This document shows, in pieces, positions 56,811-64,000 of a stretch of 64,000 nt of DNA. This stretch comes from Escherichia coli (lineage in GTDB: Bacteria > Pseudomonadota > Gammaproteobacteria > Enterobacterales > Enterobacteriaceae). The DNA is taken from assembly GCF_044324785.1 (NCBI RefSeq), contig NZ_CP172127.1, one strand, 5' to 3'. The position numbers and the translations under genes are program-made. Each line of letters opens with the position of its first letter. The stretch's first letter is position 1. The notes under the pieces are model-generated. The model was not told the origin of the DNA. It was given only the letters and a program-made list of their open reading frames with translations, and searched no databases.

Positions 56811-57686
56811 TTAACCGTTATTATTACGTCCACCAGAACGGCGACCACCGCTCACCTGGCTATGACGTTTCACCGCACGACGAATCTGATTTGCTTTCAT
56901 GCGACGACGATCTTTTTCTACAGCAACTTTAGAGCTGGTTTCTGGTGGCAGTTCCACCAGTTCACGCAGATAGTTAGTCTGGGCGAGGTCCAGCTCCGTC
57001 CAGCCGCCGCGTGGCAGACCTTTCGGCAGTGGGATATCACCGTAACGAACACGAATCAGGCGGCTTACCTGCACACCAACCGCTTCCCACAGACGACGAA
57101 CTTCACGGTTACGGCCTTCGGTCAGAGTCACGTTGTACCACTGGTTGATCCCTTCGCCGCCGCTGAACTTAATGGTTTTAAAGGCTGCCGGACCATCTTC
57201 AAGCTGCACGCCACTACTCAAATCACGCAGTTTCGCGTCGTCAACCTGACCAAATACACGCACGGCATATTCACGTTCAACTTCACGGCTTGGATGCATT
57301 AAACGGTTTGCCAGTTCACCGTCGGTGGTGAAGAGCAACAGACCACAGGTGTTAACGTCCAGACGACCTACGGCAATCCAGCGTGCGCCACGCAGCTTTG
57401 GCAGACGGTCAAACACCGTTGGACGCCCTTCCGGATCGTTACGGGTACACAACTCACCTTCCGGTTTGTAATAGGCCAGAACGCGACAAATTTGTTCAGC
57501 GGACTCACGTACCGAAATCAGGTGACCATCGATACGGATTTTCAATCCAGGGGTAATTTCAACACGATCGCCGAGTTTAGCAATTTTGCCATCAACACTC
57601 ACACGACCGGCTTCAATAATAGATTCGATTTCACGGCGAGAACCGTGGCCGGCACGCGCCAGCACTTTCTGTAGCTTTTCGCTCAT
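56811..57686 (-). CDS. rluB: 23S rRNA pseudouridine synthase B
   Basis: 291 aa; S4 domain plus synthase core; Arg/Gly-rich C-terminus. Confidence 0.9.
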   Translation of the reverse strand: MSEKLQKVLARAGHGSRREIESIIEAGRVSVDGKIAKLGDRVEITPGLKIRIDGHLISVRESAEQICRVLAYYKPEGELCTRNDPEGRPTVFDRLPKLRGARWIAVGRLDVNTCGLLLFTTDGELANRLMHPSREVEREYAVRVFGQVDDAKLRDLSSGVQLEDGPAAFKTIKFSGGEGINQWYNVTLTEGRNREVRRLWEAVGVQVSRLIRVRYGDIPLPKGLPRGGWTELDLAQTNYLRELVELPPETSSKVAVEKDRRRMKANQIRRAVKRHSQVSGGRRSGGRNNNG

Positions 57687-57896
57687 AGAGCTTCCTTTTG
57701 GTGTCGCCTTCCCAGGCGTCTGATATGCTTTTGTGCAACAGTGAGTCAGAACTTACATCTGACTCACTGATAGTAAAGTCTGTTTGAACTCTTCAGGCCT
57801 TAAGTAAACGACTCGACGTTTATCGGCCTGGCTTTGAGGCGCAACATACTACACTATCTTTATGGTTAAAGCTTGTTTCGATTAACGTCGATTTGG

Positions 57897-59792
57897 TTAC
57901 CAACCACCACCGCCTCCGCCACCCGCACCGCCGCCAGCACCACCACCGGAATAGCTTCGCCCCAACAAACTGGTATAGGCCCCGCAACTCAGGTGCGTCT
58001 GCAATGAGAATAAAACGCCACTACGGGCAATTTCCGGGGCGCTAACAGCCGCTGTGAGTGATGGGGTGATACGTTCTGCCCATTCTCTGCCAAGGTTTGC
58101 CGAGACCGCCCAACCTAACAATGCGTAATCCAGTTTCCGTGTTTCCCCTTTCCGCCGCCGCCCACTGTGTGTTGCCGCCTCTTTACGCGCAAGATAGTTA
58201 ACGATAGCTTCGCCGTGGGCATAACGTTGCTGCCCAGTTTGGGTAAACTTTGGCAGAAAAATATACCCAATGCCAGTGAGATAACCGGTCAGGAAAACAG
58301 AGCTAAAATAACCCGCTGGCATATACCAGTAAAAGAATACATCTCCGACATTGATATAGAGAGAATAGAAGGCCACGCCTGAACAAATCAGTGGTAAAAA
58401 CAAAGTGATGATTACACGATTAACGCAAGGCTTGTCATCATCGCGGGCAAACAAAAGCTCAAGGGAACAAAATAAGAAAGGAAGAAGCCAGCAGATCATA
58501 ATAAACATATCGCCTACCAGACTCATTCCTGCCCAGCCTACGGGACTCAGGTTACCGTAGAGAATGACCGCCAATATTGCCATTCCGCCCCATTGCAAAA
58601 ACGCATCAGGTCGGTAAAACGAAGACTTTTTACGCGGCAGATAAAATTTCTGCATCCGTAAAAATGCACTGCGTAAGACTCTGTTGCGTCTCCCCGTAAG
58701 AACGACCTTATCGCCTTTACGAAATAACGCTTCCAGTAATAACTGCTCTGCGGGCAGTAATACCGCATTATTTCTGGTCGCGCCTTCATTAACACGAATC
58801 AGGATTTGCTGGTTCTTGTCATACTGATCTTTCAGATGAATTTTGCCTTTCACAATCAGATTTACGATATCGGCACAAAAACCTTTATCGTCGTAAACCA
58901 GTTTCGCATCGAGACGTAACATGCCGGGCGTGTAATCTGGCGGAATGACATCGGTTTCAATCACATCTACCGGCGTAAATTGTGGCCTGCGCTTCCAGAG
59001 ATATAACCATCCACACGCCAGGAACAGACACGGAAACCAAATTAACAACGATGACGTAGAGGGTAAAAGAAGATGGCTGAAAATATTCGTCGTTTGTGGT
59101 GCCGAGGCATTACCAAGTAAAGCGTGAGGCCAGCGGTAGAGGACCGTGAAGTCTTCACGATAAAACGGATCGCGGGATTCAATTCTTCCGTCCTCAAGGA
59201 TGCGGCCATTTCGATATGTGTCGCCCTCTTCTCCAGTAAAGAGATCAATTTCGCTAAATGGATTACCCGCAATATCAGGCAACTGGAGAGAAAATCGGGT
59301 CTTATAGATTTCAAACGGCCACTTGTTACCGGTCACGTTCCAGATTAACAGATCTGAATCTCCCTCACGCAGGAAAGCATTTTTAACCTGATAATGAATT
59401 TGATAATGATAGTCGCCTTGAGGCAAGAAACGTTGTTTATCGCCCACGACAATACTCATTAACCCGATATGCCAGTCAAGATGCCAGGGTTCAGGAATAC
59501 CATCACGGGTGACGCCAACAATATGATAGTTCAGCAGTGCAGCGTCCCCATTAGGCTGCATCCATAGTCGTGGTAAATCACGATAAAATCCGTGCTTAAT
59601 CTGCTGATTTCGCGCCTGAAAATGAATGTTCTCTTTGATGTCGAGCACCCCATCCAGTTGCAGGGTGGCTTCAACATCAAAGAGCGAGATCCCTTCTTCA
59701 TAAAAAGGGATCTCCGTGTTTTTCGGATAACTCAACGAAGAGAAAAAAAGCCCAACTATCAACAGCAAAATGCAGCGATATATCCCTGCCAT
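57897..59792 (-). CDS. yciQ: DUF2207-family membrane protein YciQ
   Basis: 631 aa; several transmembrane segments; C-terminal poly-Gly/Ala tail. Confidence 0.8.
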   Translation of the reverse strand: MAGIYRCILLLIVGLFFSSLSYPKNTEIPFYEEGISLFDVEATLQLDGVLDIKENIHFQARNQQIKHGFYRDLPRLWMQPNGDAALLNYHIVGVTRDGIPEPWHLDWHIGLMSIVVGDKQRFLPQGDYHYQIHYQVKNAFLREGDSDLLIWNVTGNKWPFEIYKTRFSLQLPDIAGNPFSEIDLFTGEEGDTYRNGRILEDGRIESRDPFYREDFTVLYRWPHALLGNASAPQTTNIFSHLLLPSTSSLLIWFPCLFLACGWLYLWKRRPQFTPVDVIETDVIPPDYTPGMLRLDAKLVYDDKGFCADIVNLIVKGKIHLKDQYDKNQQILIRVNEGATRNNAVLLPAEQLLLEALFRKGDKVVLTGRRNRVLRSAFLRMQKFYLPRKKSSFYRPDAFLQWGGMAILAVILYGNLSPVGWAGMSLVGDMFIMICWLLPFLFCSLELLFARDDDKPCVNRVIITLFLPLICSGVAFYSLYINVGDVFFYWYMPAGYFSSVFLTGYLTGIGYIFLPKFTQTGQQRYAHGEAIVNYLARKEAATHSGRRRKGETRKLDYALLGWAVSANLGREWAERITPSLTAAVSAPEIARSGVLFSLQTHLSCGAYTSLLGRSYSGGGAGGGAGGGGGGGW

Positions 59793-59819
59793 AGTCTTCC
59801 ATCCGTGGAACGCAATTTG

Positions 59820-60440
59820 TTATAAGAAAGGCTTCACATCACCTACGCCTTCACGCACCACGACCGGCGTATCATCGGTAAGATCAATAACCGTTGTTGG
59901 TTTCTGTCCGAGATAGCCGCCGTGGATAATCAAATCCACCTGTTTTTCCAGACGGTCTTTAATTTCTTCGGGATCGGATTCGGTAAATTCGCTGCCTGGC
60001 AGCATTAGCGAAGTGGAAAGCATCGGTTCGCCCAATGCTTCAAGCAACGCCTGCGCAATCGGGTTAGAAGGCACGCGCATACCGATGGTTTTGCGTTTTT
60101 CCTGCAACAGACGGCGTGGCACCTCCTTCGTCCCTTTCAGGATGAAGGTGTAGTTGCCCGGCGTGTTGTTTTTCATCAAACGAAACGCAACGTTATCCAC
60201 GAATGAATAGGTCGAGAGCTCAGAAAGATCGCGACACATCAGGGTAAAGTTGTGACCGTCCGGCAGCTGGCGAATTCGACAAATACGCTCCATGGCGTTT
60301 TTATCTTCAATTTTACAGCCGAGCGCATAGCCGGAATCGGTTGGATAAACAATCACCCCGCCTTTACGCACGATCTCCACCGCCTGGTTGATCAGTCGTT
60401 GCTGCGGGTTATCAGGATGAATATAAAAAAACTGGCTCAT
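59820..60440 (-). CDS. yciO: YrdC/Sua5-family RNA-binding protein YciO
   Basis: 206 aa from MSQFFYIHPDNPQQ. Confidence 0.9.
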   Translation of the reverse strand: MSQFFYIHPDNPQQRLINQAVEIVRKGGVIVYPTDSGYALGCKIEDKNAMERICRIRQLPDGHNFTLMCRDLSELSTYSFVDNVAFRLMKNNTPGNYTFILKGTKEVPRRLLQEKRKTIGMRVPSNPIAQALLEALGEPMLSTSLMLPGSEFTESDPEEIKDRLEKQVDLIIHGGYLGQKPTTVIDLTDDTPVVVREGVGDVKPFL

Positions 60441-61318
60441 AATTCCCTCTCTGTGGTGTTCTGCGGCTGTTCCCATAGCTGCCAGACGCCTTCAACGCCT
60501 GCAGGCAGCCAGAGTTTACGACCCAGTTCAATCCACGGGCACGGCTGATGAAAATCAGATCCTTGTGATGCCCATAAATGATGCTGACGCGCAAGTGTCG
60601 CCAGCTGGGTGCGTTCATTGGGCGATTGCTGGCACTGCGCGACTTCCATCGCGTCGCCGTGGTGTTCAGCAAAATGCGCAACCAATCTTTTCAGCCATTT
60701 AGCACTAAGATTGTACCGCCCAGGATGAGCTAGCACCGCCTTACCGCCAGAATGATGAATGACATCAATAGCTTGTTCTATTGTACACCACTGTGGCGGA
60801 ACGTATCCGGTTTTCCCGCGCGCCAGATATTTTTTAAAGACATCCGCCATTGAACTGGCTTTGCCGCACTCCACAAGGAAACGAGCAAAATGACCGCGCG
60901 TCACCGCACCGCCCTGCGCCAGTCGTTGCGCGCCTTCCAGCGCACCTGGTATCTGCGCTTTTTCAAGTCTTTCGGCAATCAGCTGCGCCCGCTGATTGCG
61001 CCGTTCTGTCTGCTGCGCGAGGAACTCACACATTAGCGGATGAGTAATATCAATATTCAGCCCGACAATATGAATTTCATGATTTTCCCAGACCGTGGAG
61101 ATTTCCACGCCGGGAATAAGATTCAGCGCCAGTCCCGAACGTGAAATTTCCTCTCTTGCTGGTGAGATTGCAGCTGTGGTGTCATGGTCGGTGATCGCCA
61201 GGGTGCCGACGCGCATCTCGACTGCACGGTGCACCAATGCTTCTGGCGTCAGGCAGCCATCGGAAGCTGTGGTATGGCTGTGCAGGTCGTAAATCACTGC
61301 GTAATTCGTGTCGCTCAA
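60437..61318 (-). CDS. yciV: PHP-domain phosphoesterase YciV (TrpH)
   Basis: 293 aa; N-terminal HSHTTASDG PHP motif. Confidence 0.85.
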   Translation of the reverse strand: MSDTNYAVIYDLHSHTTASDGCLTPEALVHRAVEMRVGTLAITDHDTTAAISPAREEISRSGLALNLIPGVEISTVWENHEIHIVGLNIDITHPLMCEFLAQQTERRNQRAQLIAERLEKAQIPGALEGAQRLAQGGAVTRGHFARFLVECGKASSMADVFKKYLARGKTGYVPPQWCTIEQAIDVIHHSGGKAVLAHPGRYNLSAKWLKRLVAHFAEHHGDAMEVAQCQQSPNERTQLATLARQHHLWASQGSDFHQPCPWIELGRKLWLPAGVEGVWQLWEQPQNTTEREL

Positions 61319-61393
61319 GGCGCACTCCCGTTCTGGATAATGTTTTTTGCGCCGACATCATAACGGTTCTGGCAAATATTCTGAAATGAGCTG

Positions 61394-61428
61394 TTGACAA
61401 TTAATCATCGAACTAGTTAACTAGTACG
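61394..61428 (+). promoter_or_regulatory. trp promoter with TrpR operator
   Basis: -35 TTGACA (61394-61399), -10 TTAACT (61416-61421), operator palindrome ACTAGTTAACTAGT overlapping the -10. Confidence 0.9.
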
Positions 61429-61455
61429 CAAGTTCACGTAAAAAGGGTATCGACA

Positions 61456-61500
61456 ATGAAAGCAATTTTCGTACTGAAAGGTTGGTGGCGCACTTCCTGA
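61456..61500 (+). CDS. trpL: trp leader peptide
   Basis: [14 protein letters not shown] with tandem Trp codons at 61483-61488. Confidence 0.9.
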
Positions 61501-61541
61501 AACGGGCAGTGTATTCACCATGCGTAAAGCAATCAGATACC

Positions 61542-61571
61542 CAGCCCGCCTAATGAGCGGGCTTTTTTTTG
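61542..61571 (+). terminator. trp attenuator (3:4 terminator hairpin)
   Basis: CAGCCCGCC-taatga-GCGGGCT followed by TTTTTTTT. Confidence 0.9.
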
Positions 61572-61591
61572 AACAAAATTAGAGAATAACA

Positions 61592-63154
61592 ATGCAAACA
61601 CAAAAACCGACTCTTGAACTGCTAACCTGCGAAGGCGCTTATCGCGACAACCCGACTGCGCTTTTTCACCAGTTGTGTGGGAATCGTCCAGCAACGCTGC
61701 TGCTGGAATCCGCAGATATCGACAGCAAAGATGATTTAAAAAGCCTGCTGCTGGTAGACAGTGCGCTGCGCATTACAGCATTAGGTGACACTGTCACAAT
61801 TCAGGCACTTTCCGGCAATGGCGAAGCCCTGCTGGCACTACTGGATAACGCCCTGCCTGCGGGTGTGGAAAATGAACAATCACCAAACTGCCGTGTGCTG
61901 CGCTTCCCCCCTGTCAGTCCACTGCTGGATGAAGACGCCCGCTTATGCTCCCTTTCGGTTTTTGACGCTTTCCGCTTATTGCAGAATCTGTTGAATGTAC
62001 CGAAGGAAGAACGAGAAGCAATGTTCTTCGGCGGCCTGTTCTCTTATGACCTTGTGGCGGGATTTGAAGATTTACCACAACTGGCAGCGGAAAATAACTG
62101 TCCTGATTTCTGTTTTTATCTCGCTGAAACGCTGATGGTGATTGACCATCAGAAAAAAAGCACCCGCATTCAGGCCAGTCTTTTTGCTCCGAATGAAGAA
62201 GAAAAACAACGTCTCACTGCTCGCCTGAACGATCTTCGCCAGCAGCTGACCGAAACCGCGCCACCGCTGCCGGTGGTTTCCGTGCCGCATATGCATTGTG
62301 AATGTAACCAGAGCGATGAAGAGTTCGGTGGCGTAGTGCGTTTGTTGCAAAAAGCGATTCGCGCCGGAGAGATTTTCCAGGTGGTGCCATCTCGCCGTTT
62401 CTCACTACCCTGCCCGTCACCGCTGGCGGCCTATTACGTGCTGAAAAAGAGTAATCCCAGCCCGTACATGTTTTTTATGCAGGATGATGATTTCACCCTG
62501 TTTGGCGCGTCGCCGGAAAGTTCGCTCAAGTATGACGCCACCAGCCGCCAGATTGAGATCTACCCCATTGCCGGAACACGTCCACGCGGTCGTCGTGCCG
62601 ATGGTTCACTGGACAGAGACCTCGACAGCCGCATCGAACTGGAAATGCGTACCGATCATAAAGAGCTTTCTGAACATCTGATGCTGGTGGATCTCGCCCG
62701 TAATGACCTGGCGCGTATTTGCACCCCCGGCAGTCGTTATGTCGCCGATCTCACCAAAGTTGACCGTTATTCTTATGTGATGCACCTCGTCTCCCGCGTG
62801 GTCGGTGAGCTGCGCCACGATCTCGACGCCCTGCACGCTTACCGCGCCTGTATGAATATGGGCACGTTAAGCGGCGCGCCGAAAGTGCGCGCCATGCAGT
62901 TAATTGCCGGGGCGGAAGGTCGTCGCCGCGGCAGCTACGGCGGCGCGGTAGGTTATTTCACCGCGCATGGCGATCTCGACACCTGCATTGTGATCCGCTC
63001 GGCGCTGGTGGAAAACGGTATCGCCACCGTGCAAGCCGGTGCTGGCGTGGTACTTGATTCTGTTCCGCAGTCGGAAGCCGACGAAACCCGTAACAAAGCC
63101 CGCGCTGTACTGCGCGCTATTGCCACCGCGCATCATGCACAGGAGACGTTCTGA
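61592..63154 (+). CDS. trpE: Anthranilate synthase component I
   Basis: 520 aa. Confidence 0.95.
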   Translation: MQTQKPTLELLTCEGAYRDNPTALFHQLCGNRPATLLLESADIDSKDDLKSLLLVDSALRITALGDTVTIQALSGNGEALLALLDNALPAGVENEQSPNCRVLRFPPVSPLLDEDARLCSLSVFDAFRLLQNLLNVPKEEREAMFFGGLFSYDLVAGFEDLPQLAAENNCPDFCFYLAETLMVIDHQKKSTRIQASLFAPNEEEKQRLTARLNDLRQQLTETAPPLPVVSVPHMHCECNQSDEEFGGVVRLLQKAIRAGEIFQVVPSRRFSLPCPSPLAAYYVLKKSNPSPYMFFMQDDDFTLFGASPESSLKYDATSRQIEIYPIAGTRPRGRRADGSLDRDLDSRIELEMRTDHKELSEHLMLVDLARNDLARICTPGSRYVADLTKVDRYSYVMHLVSRVVGELRHDLDALHAYRACMNMGTLSGAPKVRAMQLIAGAEGRRRGSYGGAVGYFTAHGDLDTCIVIRSALVENGIATVQAGAGVVLDSVPQSEADETRNKARAVLRAIATAHHAQETF

Positions 63155-64000
63155 TGGCTGACATTCTGCTGCTCGATAATATCGACTCTTTTACTTACAA
63201 CCTGGCAGATCAGTTGCGCAGCAATGGTCATAACGTGGTGATTTACCGCAACCATATTCCGGCGCAGACCTTAATTGAACGCCTGGCGACAATGAGCAAT
63301 CCGGTGCTGATGCTTTCTCCTGGCCCCGGTGTGCCAAGCGAAGCCGGTTGTATGCCAGAACTCCTCACCCGCCTGCGCGGCAAGCTGCCCATTATTGGCA
63401 TTTGCCTCGGTCATCAGGCGATTGTCGAAGCTTATGGGGGGTATGTCGGTCAGGCGGGCGAAATTCTTCACGGTAAAGCCTCCAGCATTGAACATGACGG
63501 TCAGGCGATGTTTGCCGGATTAACAAACCCGCTGCCGGTGGCGCGTTATCACTCGCTGGTTGGCAGTAATATCCCGGCCGGTTTAACCATCAACGCCCAT
63601 TTTAATGGCATGGTGATGGCGGTGCGTCACGATGCAGATCGCGTTTGCGGTTTCCAGTTCCATCCGGAATCCATTCTTACTACCCAGGGCGCTCGCCTGC
63701 TGGAACAAACGCTGGCCTGGGCGCAGCAGAAACTTGAGCCAACCAACACGCTGCAACCGATTCTGGAAAAACTGTATCAGGCGCAGACCCTTAGCCAGCA
63801 GGAAAGTCATCAGCTGTTTTCAGCGGTGGTGCGTGGCGAGCTGAAGCCAGAACAGCTCGCGGCGGCTCTGGTAAGCATGAAAATTCGTGGCGAGCACCCG
63901 AACGAAATCGCCGGGGCAGCAACTGCCCTTCTGGAAAATGCTGCGCCATTCCCGCGCCCGGATTATCTGTTTGCCGATATCGTCGGTACCGGTGGTGACG
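63154..64000 (+). CDS. trpD: Anthranilate synthase component II / anthranilate phosphoribosyltransferase; 3' end lies beyond the window
   Basis: ATG overlaps the trpE stop (TGATGG); glutamine-amidotransferase N-terminus ([17 protein letters not shown]). Confidence 0.9.
   Translation, partial: MADILLLDNIDSFTYNLADQLRSNGHNVVIYRNHIPAQTLIERLATMSNPVLMLSPGPGVPSEAGCMPELLTRLRGKLPIIGICLGHQAIVEAYGGYVGQAGEILHGKASSIEHDGQAMFAGLTNPLPVARYHSLVGSNIPAGLTINAHFNGMVMAVRHDADRVCGFQFHPESILTTQGARLLEQTLAWAQQKLEPTNTLQPILEKLYQAQTLSQQESHQLFSAVVRGELKPEQLAAALVSMKIRGEHPNEIAGAATALLENAAPFPRPDYLFADIVGTGGD

Noticed and set aside
57897-57960. Possible tandem-repeat or CRISPR-like array suggested by the repetitive GGN/GCN tract
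   Set aside because: It is in-frame low-complexity coding sequence at the yciQ C-terminus, with no repeat-spacer periodicity; no CRISPR array exists anywhere in the window.

Overview
This window reads as an Escherichia coli-type chromosomal segment running (in K-12 gene order, reversed) from mppA to the start of the trp operon. Identifications are from reading the supplied ORF translations against remembered E. coli proteins; no database search or computation was run. Order: mppA (3' truncated) - pgrR - ycjY/paralog/NAD-binding gene/mpaA - ycjG - tpx - tyrR-ycjF-ycjX - pspEDCBA / pspF - IS3-family element - puuEBC-puuR-puuD / puuA-puuP - ymjA - sapABCDF - one low-GC ORF - fabI - yciW - rnb - pdeR - yciZ - deoT - osmB - yciH-pyrF-lapB-lapA - pgpB - ribA - acnA - yciX-ymiA - cysB - topA - yciN - sohB - yciK-btuR - a two-gene AT-rich insert - rluB - yciQ - yciO-yciV - trpL-trpE-trpD (3' truncated). 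Most of the window is core housekeeping DNA. The parts that look accessory or unusual are: (1) an AT-rich two-gene cassette (333-aa lipoprotein plus 102-aa protein, no recognisable domains) between btuR and rluB, which is my best candidate for an undescribed module; (2) a low-GC 210-aa ORF convergent with sapF; (3) a 1432-bp IS3-family element inserted precisely inside a REP element; (4) a ~38-bp motif shared by the mppA and mpaA upstream regions; (5) an intact four-gene ycjY operon with tandem Cys-hydrolase paralogs; and (6) pspE lying directly next to ycjX, without the ~14-kb ycjM-ycjW/ompG cluster that separates them in K-12. No CRISPR array, tRNA or rRNA gene was seen.
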